Assembly: GCA_041644975.1 (NCBI GenBank)
Contig: JBAZQX010000004.1
Location: 9,189 to 73,188, forward strand
Direction: 5' to 3'
Length of the DNA: 64,000 bases
Source: Candidatus Doudnabacteria bacterium
GTDB lineage: Bacteria > Patescibacteriota > JAQUNI01
Below the pieces are notes generated by a model. It did not search any database. It was not told where the DNA came from and saw only the letters and a program-made list of their open reading frames with translations. Position 1 is the stretch's first letter, and every line of letters begins with the position of its first letter. The position numbers and the translations under genes were made by a program. Shown one piece after another: positions 8,861-17,842 of the stretch.

Positions 8861-9340
8861 TTAAGCTAACGAACTCTTTTTAAACTCCCTTTCACTATCA
8901 GTAAGTATCGCCATTATTAAATCTTTTTGATTTTGCCAAATAGTTTGGCTAATAGAAACAACTTGTTCGTTAGTTAAATTTTTAGCAACTTGCTCTGCTA
9001 ACCTATTACCTATATTTTTAACCATATCTATTAAAGCCTGTTCTCTGTCTCTTTGTGCCTTAATTCTAAAATAAGCAATTACCACAGAAAGACCCAAAAT
9101 GAAAAATCCTAACACGCCAAATAAAATCTGTTTCCGGAAATTTTGCTCATTGAAGACACCAAATACAATAACTGATCCACCTACATAGGTTATCACTCCA
9201 ATAACGCCAAATTCTCTTAAAACCTTTACCAGATTTGATTGTATTAGGTTCATAAAATCACTTATTAATTTTTTAATTAAAGGCCATAACCTTTGCAATC
9301 GGCAAGCTCCATGAAGACTAGAATTTTTATTATTAGTCAT
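8861..9340 (-). CDS. Hypothetical membrane protein (2 TM); real start probably MNLIQSNL at about 9252
   Basis: Hydrophobic helices VIGVITYVGGSVIVFGVF and ILFGVLGFFILGLSVVIAYF. Confidence 0.45.
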   Translation of the reverse strand: MTNNKNSSLHGACRLQRLWPLIKKLISDFMNLIQSNLVKVLREFGVIGVITYVGGSVIVFGVFNEQNFRKQILFGVLGFFILGLSVVIAYFRIKAQRDREQALIDMVKNIGNRLAEQVAKNLTNEQVVSISQTIWQNQKDLIMAILTDSEREFKKSSLA

Positions 9341-9445
9341 AATTTAGCCAAGCTAGAGCTTTATCTAACGGCTAAGGGAGATAGGTGCCCTGCGCCTGTG
9401 GCTACGGAGCGCTTTACTCCCACCCCCTCCATCTCCCCCTCGGGC

Positions 9446-9632
9446 AGGGGGAGTGTAATTGGTGCTGGGCATCGTGAACGATGTTATAACCATATTTCAA
9501 CGACAAACCGAGTATATTTACATACCAAATTTAAGTCTACAAGCTTAAAATCATTATATCAAATTTTACCCTACCCTGCTACTCACTATTGTTTTGCTCT
9601 TTGTTATTTTACCCCACCCCGCTACTCACTAT
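9446..9632. repeat. Repeat family A copy (longest copy, plus an extra partial TTTTACCCCACCCCGCTACTCACTAT unit)
   Basis: cagggggagtgtaattggtgctgggcatcgtgaacg…gagtatatttacataccaaatttaagtctacaagctta…ttttaccctaccctgctactcactat. Confidence 0.8.
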
Positions 9633-9757
9633 ATTACTAAGGGGGGTAGGGAGTGCCAGATTGAAAATCTAACGAATAAAAGAATTCTTATAGTCGCTCC
9701 GCACAGAAGTGTTTTTATCTTGAAATATATTTTAGTCCGATTTTTAAAATCTCCTCT

Positions 9758-9861
9758 AATGTTAGAACTATATTACAACGACAAAATGAGTATATTTACA
9801 TACCAGATTTAAGTCCACAAGCTTAGTTTATCAGATTTTACCCTACCCCGCTACTCACTAT
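9758..9861. repeat. Repeat family A copy
   Basis: gttagaactatattacaacgacaaaatgagtatatttacataccagatttaagtccacaagcttagtttatcagattttaccctaccccgctactcactat. Confidence 0.8.
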
Positions 9862-9870
9862 TTCTTAAAA

Positions 9871-9901
9871 ACAAAAAGCTCCCATTTCTGGGAGTTTTTT
9901 T
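9871..9901. terminator. Bidirectional intrinsic terminator (ctccca-tttc-tgggag with flanking A-run and T-run)
   Basis: 6-bp GC-rich stem flanked by AAAAA and TTTTTTT. Confidence 0.5.
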
Positions 9902-10244
9902 GTTGGAATAGCAAGCTACTTAAAAGGAAAACAAGATTTCGTCGCTTGTTTCGCCCTTTGTTCGCTCCCTCAAACGAGGCTCTTGGTATGTCCGTAAACC
10001 AATGTTGCTTTTAACCGCACAAGGCGGACTTATTGCACAACACCGTTTTCAGCCAAAAGACCGAAAAATACCAACTCTCACTATTCCAATCAAATTATAT
10101 CAAATTTTTCTTATAGCTTCCAGTAACTCCTGCTGGCGTTTTTGAAGCGAGGCGTCAAAGATAATACGGTATTCAAAGTTCTTATTTGCTTGCTGGAACT
10201 CCTTAAAGCCGATTTCTTTTGCTTACCTCGCAACATAACTTTGA

Positions 10245-11705
10245 TTATTTGAACCAATTTACAATTTTTTTGAAGACCCTACCGATCTTTGCTGGAATGT
10301 CCGAAAAGGTCGATTTTATAAATGACAAAATTTTGTCATTTTTATTTATAGATACGCTACTTTCCTGACTACTGTTACTATTATCTTTATTTTCTTGTTC
10401 CGCACCCTGCTCATCCGTTGTCATTATCGTATTTTGCGAGCTTATGGCATTTTTTTCTTTCTCAACTACCACGGCTTTATCAGTGATTTCCAAACAACTA
10501 TTTCCAACTTCTTTAAAACCTTCATTACATTGCCATACATCTGCAGGGCTATCCGTTACTGGATGTGCGTTTGAGGGTATTTTAATACATTCAGTCTTAT
10601 TCAACGAAAGCGCATATCCCGCGCTACAAGTTTTTCTTTTTTCTGGGCTGTTTTGTTCTTGCGTTATCTTGGTTTGATTATTCGTTACTGGGGGGATCGC
10701 AAAGTCTAGAGGGGGAGAACTGTCTTCCTCTTCCTTTTTTAAAGTGTAATCAGAATCAATTTTTTCTAAACTTGTAATGTCGCAGGTTTCATCGTCATCT
10801 TGCAAAACAATCTTATCCCATCTATCAACATCAAAATCAATTCCTAAATTGACTACAATTCTATCATTTAAATATCTCTTAATAGAGGATGTATAGCATC
10901 CAGAATCATAAGTGATTAGGTAATATTGGTAATTATATTCACTTTTGATAATAGCCTGCCTCTCATCTGTGTTAAGTTCTTTTAAAATAAAATAAACATT
11001 ATTTTGTTTTTCAACACATTGATTATCATCATTTAAAGTATAATTACTATCACATTCACATTTTTTATTTAAAGAATTATAAGAAGAGTGAAGACCATAT
11101 TTAGTGAAGCAAGAGACGCATTCATTGCCACCGCCTATAGTTTTTTGCCTCAGAATATAGCCGTTTCGACACTCACAGACATCAGATAATGAATTGTATG
11201 TCGAATTATACCCAAGTTTATTGTGGCAATATTCGGTTGTATCTATGCATTTTGTTTTTCCAAAAAGGTCTTCACTAAAAATATACCCATAACGACACTT
11301 ACAAGTATCAGACAAAGAATCGTATGTCGAGCCGTATCCATATTTGTCTTTGCATTGCTGTTCTGTAGAAATACATTGTGTTCTTCCTACTGCATCTTTT
11401 CCCAAAGAATATCCATATCCGCACTCACAAGAATCATTTAAAGAGTTATATTTTGAGTTAAAGCCATATTTATCTTTACACATTTGGTCTGCCGATACAC
11501 AGCTAGCATTACCAAGAATATCTTTACCAAAAACATAACCACTCATACATTTACAGCTATCTGTTAAAGAATTATATGTCGCCCATATACCGTATTGAGA
11601 ACACTCACCGTAGCTTTGAGTGATTTTAATGTGAAATAAAAACAAACCTGACAAAATAAGCAAAACAGTTATGGCATAAAATTTATGATTGAATTTGAAA
11701 TCCAC
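10245..11705 (-). CDS. Secreted/surface Cys-rich tandem-repeat protein (about 7 copies of a roughly 44-aa C…YG.NS.YNSLSD.C.C..GY…G…C module) with Ser/Asn-rich C-terminal tail
   Basis: N-terminal TM/signal (FYAITVLLILSGLFLFHI). Repeats such as QCKDKYGYGSTYDSLSDTCKCRYGYIFSEDLFGKTKCIDTTEY. Confidence 0.6.
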   Translation of the reverse strand: MDFKFNHKFYAITVLLILSGLFLFHIKITQSYGECSQYGIWATYNSLTDSCKCMSGYVFGKDILGNASCVSADQMCKDKYGFNSKYNSLNDSCECGYGYSLGKDAVGRTQCISTEQQCKDKYGYGSTYDSLSDTCKCRYGYIFSEDLFGKTKCIDTTEYCHNKLGYNSTYNSLSDVCECRNGYILRQKTIGGGNECVSCFTKYGLHSSYNSLNKKCECDSNYTLNDDNQCVEKQNNVYFILKELNTDERQAIIKSEYNYQYYLITYDSGCYTSSIKRYLNDRIVVNLGIDFDVDRWDKIVLQDDDETCDITSLEKIDSDYTLKKEEEDSSPPLDFAIPPVTNNQTKITQEQNSPEKRKTCSAGYALSLNKTECIKIPSNAHPVTDSPADVWQCNEGFKEVGNSCLEITDKAVVVEKEKNAISSQNTIMTTDEQGAEQENKDNSNSSQESSVSINKNDKILSFIKSTFSDIPAKIGRVFKKIVNWFK

Positions 11706-11743
11706 AAATTATATTTTAGTATTAGAAATTATTTAATTTCTAG

Positions 11744-11995
11744 CTAATAACGCAACTTATAACTTTTATAGGGGCTTGTATATCCTTTTGCGCCTGTGTA
11801 TGGGTTGTAATTTCCTTTCGTTGACCAGTTATCTAATCTGCTTCTGTTGGGGCTAGTCCTATAATATGGCTGGACATATGTGCCAGTGCTTTTTTTGTAA
11901 TAACTCCTAACTCTGATTGTGCGTGCTTCGGCAGAAAAGACAAACAAGCCAAAAACGAAAGACAGAATAATTGATAAAACAATAAGTTTTTTCAT
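11744..11995 (-). CDS. Small secreted Tyr/Lys-rich protein with signal peptide
   Basis: MKKLIVLSIILSFVFGLFVFSAEA signal, then Y-rich 60 aa. Confidence 0.5.
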   Translation of the reverse strand: MKKLIVLSIILSFVFGLFVFSAEARTIRVRSYYKKSTGTYVQPYYRTSPNRSRLDNWSTKGNYNPYTGAKGYTSPYKSYKLRY

Positions 11996-12011
11996 AATTT
12001 TCCCTTTTTAA

Positions 12012-12362
12012 TTATTTTATAGGATATTTTTTAAAACATTCATCTTTGATTTGTTGATAGGCTTTCTTTAAATCATCTGCTCTATTTGAAGCCAATAAAC
12101 AACTACCATCTGTGCCGATTTCCCTATTATCTACTTTGCAATATTCATTCCATTGGTCGCGAGATGTAGTTTTAGCGTCTTCTAGACAAGCCTCAAGCAT
12201 TGATTTATTTAATTCTTTATCCACTTTTTCCTCAATTCGTATTAAGTCTTCTTTATTAGGAATATATATAACATAATGATAAAAAATAGCAAAACCTATC
12301 AATAATACGGCGGCTGCTAAAGTAGCTTTGAACCAATTAATCTTTTTTATTTTTTCTTTCAT
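12012..12362 (-). CDS. Small membrane-anchored protein; paralog of 8396-8794 (start taken at MKEKIKKINWF)
   Basis: Same TM + PN(K/Q) + coiled segment + Cys-containing C-terminal architecture. Confidence 0.5.
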   Translation of the reverse strand: MKEKIKKINWFKATLAAAVLLIGFAIFYHYVIYIPNKEDLIRIEEKVDKELNKSMLEACLEDAKTTSRDQWNEYCKVDNREIGTDGSCLLASNRADDLKKAYQQIKDECFKKYPIK

Positions 12363-12366
12363 AAAT

Positions 12367-13308
12367 TTAAGGCAAAGTTTCACACACAACGCCGTCTTTA
12401 TCTCGGTCTAGTTTGTGCACATCTCCCCTGCCTTGTGTTATGCAGTAATTATAACAGGCTTGAGCCTGTTTTTGTGTTGTGAAATCAGGGCAATTATAGG
12501 TATTACTACTGCAATTGCAAACTGTTTCCGTTGTAGTAGTGGTGGGTGCAGGCGTAGTTTGAATTGTGGGGCTAGTTTGGGCTTGGTTTGCTGAATTATC
12601 AGCTACGCAAGCATCATCAGCCCATAATCCTCGCTTATTCTTCTCTGCTTCTTTTTGAGCTTCTTTAAATTCTGATTGGTATTTATAGGGTGTGGAGTAA
12701 GTATATTCGTAAGCGTAGCCTTCGGCAATCATTAGTTTATTAAAGTTTGTCCCGTCTTCTAAAAAGACATATCTCAATAATCTACCATATTTGTCTCTTT
12801 CTCCTTGGGTTGGGTCGTTTTCTAAAATTACACTTTTGCCATTCAAAACTTCCTTGGCTTTATCGGAGGCTTCTTTACCAAAACATTCAACGGGTTTGCG
12901 AGGGTCAACGGTTTCGGGGGTGTTAATACCTATAAGCCTTAGGGTCTCTTTTGTCCCGTCCATATCAACTGTTACCGTATCCCCGTCAACAACTTTAATC
13001 ACCTTGTATAATTTCTGGGCTGATTGCCCCTCTGTTGCAGAATCTACACTTGGGGAGGTCTGTTGTGGTTCTGTCTGGCTGGCTTCATTTTGAGGCTCTT
13101 GGGTTGCGGATTCAACGGCTTGGGCTAGGGGCTGGTCTTGCTTTTCCTCCTGCGGCTCATTTATTGTCTGTTCTTGATTGGCGGTATCCTCAATCTTGGT
13201 TTCGCCAGTTTCTTTAGGATGTTGGCTAGTTTGAGTAGTCTCTGCACATCCTGCCAAAACAAAAAAACCTAGTAGGAGAATTGTCCATTTAACAAATTTG
13301 ATATTCAT
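12367..13308 (-). CDS. Thermonuclease (staphylococcal-nuclease/SNase fold) lipoprotein with C-terminal Excalibur Ca-binding domain
   Basis: Lipobox VLAGC. SNase motifs DGDTV, LRLIGINTPE, YGRLLRYV. C-terminal CPDFTTQKQAQACYNYC…LDRDKDGVVCE is the Excalibur signature. Thr/Gln-rich linkers. Confidence 0.8.
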   Translation of the reverse strand: MNIKFVKWTILLLGFFVLAGCAETTQTSQHPKETGETKIEDTANQEQTINEPQEEKQDQPLAQAVESATQEPQNEASQTEPQQTSPSVDSATEGQSAQKLYKVIKVVDGDTVTVDMDGTKETLRLIGINTPETVDPRKPVECFGKEASDKAKEVLNGKSVILENDPTQGERDKYGRLLRYVFLEDGTNFNKLMIAEGYAYEYTYSTPYKYQSEFKEAQKEAEKNKRGLWADDACVADNSANQAQTSPTIQTTPAPTTTTTETVCNCSSNTYNCPDFTTQKQAQACYNYCITQGRGDVHKLDRDKDGVVCETLP

Positions 13309-13373
13309 ATTCTTTTGGAATCTACATATTTTACCCCACCCCTCATTCACTTATATTTTTAGAAACAGGATTT

Positions 13374-15269
13374 TTATTTAACTTTTTCAGGAGTTTTAAA
13401 AATAAGCATTGTTGTTCCTATTTTTTTATAGAAATAATCTTTAATCCTATTGTATTTTTTGTTTTCGGGTAATTTATCATTAAAAACATTGTTTTGATAT
13501 TCAAAAATAGAAACGACGATATATGAATCAGTCGGAATCCATCCCCATTCAATATTGTAAGGCTCATATCCCTTCCCCAGATAATATTGCAATGGAACAT
13601 TAGTAAAAATATGAGCATAAATTTTATTTATATTATTATCCTTTACCCATTCTGCTAGTCTTTTTACATCCTGACCGCCCCAGTCATAATTTGAATCCGT
13701 TGCAATTTTATAACCATTATTAGTTCCTCCGGCAAAAGCGTTGTAATAACTCAAATAATATGGAAAAAAAACTATAGTTGATACTAAAATGACAATTGCC
13801 AAAAGAAAGAATAAAGATTTTGTTTTCAGGACGCGGAACAATTTTAAGTTCCAATGTAAATCAATCCCCCTCGCCGTTAATAGTATAACGGAAATAATTA
13901 CGGGCATAATATGTCTCAATCCAATTTGTAAGTTTGAAGATAGAGTAATTACCATATATAAATACGAGAATAACAAGAGCAAAAAAGATAATGGATTTTT
14001 CAAGAATGTTGATAATCTGGTTTTAATGTCTATTTTAGAAGATATAAATTTCCAAGTTGCTAAAGCTAGAGAAACGAAAATTAAGATAAGGGCACTAATG
14101 GACAATTTCGTTAAAAATAGAATCGGAAAATATAATGCTCCGGCTCCTTCTGAACCATAAACTCTACCCATAAAATATGTTTTTTGTAAGGCAGAGGACA
14201 TTCTTCCCCCAACCATTATTACGCCCAGTATATATTCTGCTATCCCTTTTGTTAGCGGATTGCTAATTACAAAACTTGATAATATTTCTACCCCTTGAGA
14301 TGGTAGTTCTTGCGGATATGTCTGCACTATTTGGGTTATCATTTCATCATTAGTCATATTGCGAACGTGAAGAGAATAAAAAATGGCAACAATAAAGAAT
14401 ACGGAAAGAATAAACGAAGAATAACGAATTAAAAATTTACCCACTTCTTTTCTGCTCTTTTGAACGAAAATTATAAAAATTAATCCCCCTAAAAACATTG
14501 CTGGAATAATAAGGACTGAAGAAAACTTTGCTAATAGCGCCAGCGAGGTGAACAACACCGAGAATAGAAACCAAGCTAAAATTTTACCTTTTTGTGCATA
14601 GTTTTTAAGATAAATTGCAAAACATACAATAGCTATTATTTGAAGTAGGGACGACATAAAGTCCATTATAACCAGAGAACCCATTGAAATAACAAATTGA
14701 GAAGAGACCATTAAAAAAATCCCTATCAATGAGGTTCTTTTGCTCCATATTTTTGTTAAGAAAATATAAAGCAGAAAAATAAAAAATCCATTAAACACAA
14801 TAACTGCTAATCTAGACCAAAAGGCAATATTGTCAGGATCATTATTTGGATTAAACAAAAAAAGTCTCCCCCAATCCCATTGGGCATTTCCAACCTCCAG
14901 CTTTTTCGGCATTATGTAGCTTTTAAAGGGGTAATCCCATCTTGTAAATTCTGAACCGAGATTAATTTTGTCTGAAATCTCCGGAAAAGTAGGTTTAATA
15001 AGCAACAGGGGTAAGCCGGCAATATCTTTAACAATAGGAGGATGTTCAGGATTTATGAAGTATCTACCCGTTTTTAGATAATAATATCCACTTGGAATAT
15101 GTGATAATTCATCGGATGTGATTGCGTCTCCTGTATATTTTAAATTTTTCCAATGAAATCCCTCAACGGAAAAAAGGGCAATTAAAATAAAGAAGGTTGT
15201 TAAAAGTATTGCTAATATGAAATTTGTTTTATTTTTAAGAAATGATTTTGGCTCTAATTTTTTAATCAT
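13374..15269 (-). CDS. GT-C membrane glycosyltransferase, family 39-like (PMT/ArnT-type); paralog of 43779-45530
   Basis: More than 10 TM helices. Conserved SHIPSGYYYLK…NPEHPPIVKDIAGLPLL and C-terminal SNYDWGGQDVKRLAEWV shared with the 43779 paralog. Confidence 0.6.
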   Translation of the reverse strand: MIKKLEPKSFLKNKTNFILAILLTTFFILIALFSVEGFHWKNLKYTGDAITSDELSHIPSGYYYLKTGRYFINPEHPPIVKDIAGLPLLLIKPTFPEISDKINLGSEFTRWDYPFKSYIMPKKLEVGNAQWDWGRLFLFNPNNDPDNIAFWSRLAVIVFNGFFIFLLYIFLTKIWSKRTSLIGIFLMVSSQFVISMGSLVIMDFMSSLLQIIAIVCFAIYLKNYAQKGKILAWFLFSVLFTSLALLAKFSSVLIIPAMFLGGLIFIIFVQKSRKEVGKFLIRYSSFILSVFFIVAIFYSLHVRNMTNDEMITQIVQTYPQELPSQGVEILSSFVISNPLTKGIAEYILGVIMVGGRMSSALQKTYFMGRVYGSEGAGALYFPILFLTKLSISALILIFVSLALATWKFISSKIDIKTRLSTFLKNPLSFLLLLFSYLYMVITLSSNLQIGLRHIMPVIISVILLTARGIDLHWNLKLFRVLKTKSLFFLLAIVILVSTIVFFPYYLSYYNAFAGGTNNGYKIATDSNYDWGGQDVKRLAEWVKDNNINKIYAHIFTNVPLQYYLGKGYEPYNIEWGWIPTDSYIVVSIFEYQNNVFNDKLPENKKYNRIKDYFYKKIGTTMLIFKTPEKVK

Positions 15270-15520
15270 AAAATTAATTTCAGTAGATAATTATTATTTT
15301 GTAAAATGCAATCTTTTCATATTTTTAAATTATTTTTCAAGCATCACTATTTAACCAGAAACACGAAGCTCCCCGCCAGCGATAGCCTTGCGGCTACCCA
15401 TATCCCTTTCGAGATATGACCGACTAAGGTGCTCTGAACGAGGAGCTTGATGCCTTAGTCGGTTTTATGCCATACCTCATAGCAAAACTATCAGGGTTAG
15501 GCAATTTAATTTTCAAAATA

Positions 15521-15745
15521 CTATGTTATGTGCTTTCTCTCTAACAACCTCTTAATATCATCTTTTCTATAACGCCTTATCTTTTTTTCACCAATCCTGA
15601 TTGCAACCAAAATACCTTTTTTGTCCCACTGGCGCAAGGTGTTAGGATGACATTTTAAAATATCACAAGTCTCTTTGAGGGTAAGAAGTTCTGGCATATC
15701 TTGTCTGTTTTTTACTACTTTTACCATTGATTTTTTACTTAACAT
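15521..15745 (-). CDS. Helix-turn-helix DNA-binding protein, excisionase/MerR-like (Xis-type)
   Basis: LLTLKETCDILKCHPNTLRQWDKKGILVAIRIGEKKIRRY is the HTH_17/Xis pattern. Confidence 0.65.
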   Translation of the reverse strand: MLSKKSMVKVVKNRQDMPELLTLKETCDILKCHPNTLRQWDKKGILVAIRIGEKKIRRYRKDDIKRLLERKHIT

Positions 15746-15815
15746 TTGATACCATTATCATACAGCAGAAAAAAATAATCTGCAAATATTAAAATGAAAA
15801 TTACTATAAATTACT

Positions 15816-17423
15816 ATGACACCAGAAGCAAAAATTTGGCTAATTTTAAAAAATCTAAATGATGCACTTACAATTGCCCCGAGCAAAAATTTGGCACTGT
15901 TGAACGCAAAAGACTTAGAGAAGTTGATGGCTAGAGAAGAGCACGAACAAATTTTGGAAAAGTTAGTTAAGGATTACAAAGTGGTGGATATTCAGAAAAA
16001 ACCAGATTATCAAAAAAGCTTTTTTTACAAATGCAAAATTACTGACAGCGACGAGTTTAATAAAATTTTAGAAGATGCTCATATCAAATATTTTGGTAGT
16101 TTAGGAATGCTGACAGGTGATAATTTTTTATCCGTAGTTGATGTAGCGACAGACATAATGAACGAGCTCCAAATGACCAAGGGGGATGAAACAGTGATAC
16201 CGCTTTTTCCATCCATTGTCAGATTTTCTAATCTTATGCCAGCAGACAGTATTAACTTAAGAGATAGATACTGTGATTTGAGATGGAAAGCAGTAATATA
16301 TTTAAGAGATAATGAATATATTAAAAATTTTAAGCTATTGAATCAAGCTTATGGAAACTTCCACAGATGGGATTTTGAAATCAAAATATCGCTGAATAGA
16401 ATTAAATTTTATAAATTTTACGAACAATTGATAACAACATATAATAGGCGGGTAAAATTTAGAAGTGAAGAGAAAAAAATAAAAAAGGAAAATGAAGCCC
16501 TAGACTATACAGACACAGCTTCAAGAAGGGCGTGGGAGAAAAAATGGGACACATTGCAAGTAATATGGACTATTTATGAAAGCAACAACAAACCAAATCA
16601 GCTACTTGTGCCTATTAAAAGACTAACTATTAAAGATAGAATCATTCTTGAAATTGAAGGTCTATTAAACGGCTTTGAAGATGATGGCTGTTTTGATTGG
16701 TGTAGAGGAACGGAGAATTATGAGATTAAAAACATAAACCACAACCTATTTGCAGAAACTTACAAAAAAACAGGGCTTATTTATGATAAATTCGCCAAGA
16801 TTTACCGAGAAAGGGTTAGCGATAAAAATATTGAAGATAAACAACCAACACAAAAAATTGAAATTGTTGGAGGTAAAATAGAAATTGAAGGATTGCAGGA
16901 TGGATTAAAAGCAATCGCCCAGACCAAAAAAGAAGATAAAAATCAATTTCCTTATAAATTACCAGCAGGAACGAAATGGGAAAATTTTACTATTAAGTTT
17001 GAGGATGATGAAAATGTTTTTATCCAAGTAAAACAATTTAAGTATAGTGCTGACTACAGAAAGATGGGAATGGTCGGACGAGGCAAAAATCCCAATCCAA
17101 GCGAAGCGTGGACATTTCTGAAAGTTTTATCTCAAGTTAATAATGAACTGACAATAAAAGACGCCGAAGCGAGAGATAAATATAAAAAACAAAAAGAATT
17201 ATTAGCAAAAGCACTTCAAAAATACTTCTTACTTGATTATGACCCCTTCTATCCTTATCACTCATCAACAGAAAAAAGCGGCAACTCTTATAAAATTAAA
17301 ATTACCCTAATACCGCCACCAGACAAAAAAGAAAAAGCTGATACTAATAAAGACGATAACGACGATTTAGGAATAAAAGAATACTTCAATAAACAAACTC
17401 CACAAATTTATGAAGACCAGTAG
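15816..17423 (+). CDS. Large hypothetical protein (535 aa ORFan) in the mobile element
   Basis: No recognisable catalytic motifs. Followed by a clear terminator. Confidence 0.5.
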   Translation: MTPEAKIWLILKNLNDALTIAPSKNLALLNAKDLEKLMAREEHEQILEKLVKDYKVVDIQKKPDYQKSFFYKCKITDSDEFNKILEDAHIKYFGSLGMLTGDNFLSVVDVATDIMNELQMTKGDETVIPLFPSIVRFSNLMPADSINLRDRYCDLRWKAVIYLRDNEYIKNFKLLNQAYGNFHRWDFEIKISLNRIKFYKFYEQLITTYNRRVKFRSEEKKIKKENEALDYTDTASRRAWEKKWDTLQVIWTIYESNNKPNQLLVPIKRLTIKDRIILEIEGLLNGFEDDGCFDWCRGTENYEIKNINHNLFAETYKKTGLIYDKFAKIYRERVSDKNIEDKQPTQKIEIVGGKIEIEGLQDGLKAIAQTKKEDKNQFPYKLPAGTKWENFTIKFEDDENVFIQVKQFKYSADYRKMGMVGRGKNPNPSEAWTFLKVLSQVNNELTIKDAEARDKYKKQKELLAKALQKYFLLDYDPFYPYHSSTEKSGNSYKIKITLIPPPDKKEKADTNKDDNDDLGIKEYFNKQTPQIYEDQ

Positions 17424-17460
17424 CGAAGTTAACCTTTAGCTTTTAATAAATCTCTTACAT

Positions 17461-17496
17461 AAAACTCCTCACAAAATGGGGAGTTTTTTGTTTTTC
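17461..17496 (+). terminator. Intrinsic terminator after the 535-aa ORF
   Basis: aactcc…ggagtt stem + TTTTTTGTTTTT. Confidence 0.6.
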
Positions 17497-17578
17497 TGCG
17501 ACAGAGCGTGAAATTCGCCATCTATAAGTAGAAGGTCGCAAAAAATAAAAAAATCACAATTACCCAAAATTAAATTAT

Positions 17579-17839
17579 ATGGTTAAAAAATCACAAAAAA
17601 GTCAGTCAGACGAGATGTTCGCCACTTACGATTTAGGATGTGCCGCCGCTTTGATAACGGCAGATTTTGAGTTGCTCACTTTGGATAAAGCTAATCCACG
17701 CAAAGTCCAGTTCATCTTTCGCCGAGAAGTCGGCATTGAAAAAGTCGTGGATGACTACTGGGCTGACAGATTAGAAGTTAAAGCACGGGCGTTCTTTGAT
17801 AATATCAAAATGTTAAAGAACCGCATTTACTCGGAATAA
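17579..17839 (+). CDS. Small hypothetical protein, possibly phage-associated (weak DUF5659-like pattern)
   Basis: FATYDLGCAAALITADFELLTLDKANPRKVQFIFRRE loosely resembles DUF5659-type small phage proteins as recalled, not verified. Confidence 0.35.
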   Translation: MVKKSQKSQSDEMFATYDLGCAAALITADFELLTLDKANPRKVQFIFRREVGIEKVVDDYWADRLEVKARAFFDNIKMLKNRIYSE

Positions 17840-17842
17840 ATT

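Noticed and set aside
9293-9812. Two overlapping plus-strand ORFs (115 and 72 aa)
   Set aside because: Lie entirely within repeat family A copies; products are repeat translations (…PATHYCFALCYF…/…PHPATHYITKGG…). Treated as non-coding repeats.
9903-10244. Possible small RNA (RNase P/SRP/tmRNA) in the 340-bp gap downstream of the Cys-rich protein gene
   Set aside because: None of the universally conserved motifs of those RNAs recognised. Contains a 40-codon C-terminal-like ORF fragment (AKEIGFKEFQQANKNFEYRIIFDASLQKRQQELLEAIRKI) without a start, probably a gene remnant.
15290-15520. Direct repeat of the tRNA-Gln 3' end expected at the left element boundary
   Set aside because: No copy of ggattcgaacctgc or adjacent tRNA sequence found by eye. 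Consistent with serine-recombinase sites having only very short cores, so absence is not evidence against integration.
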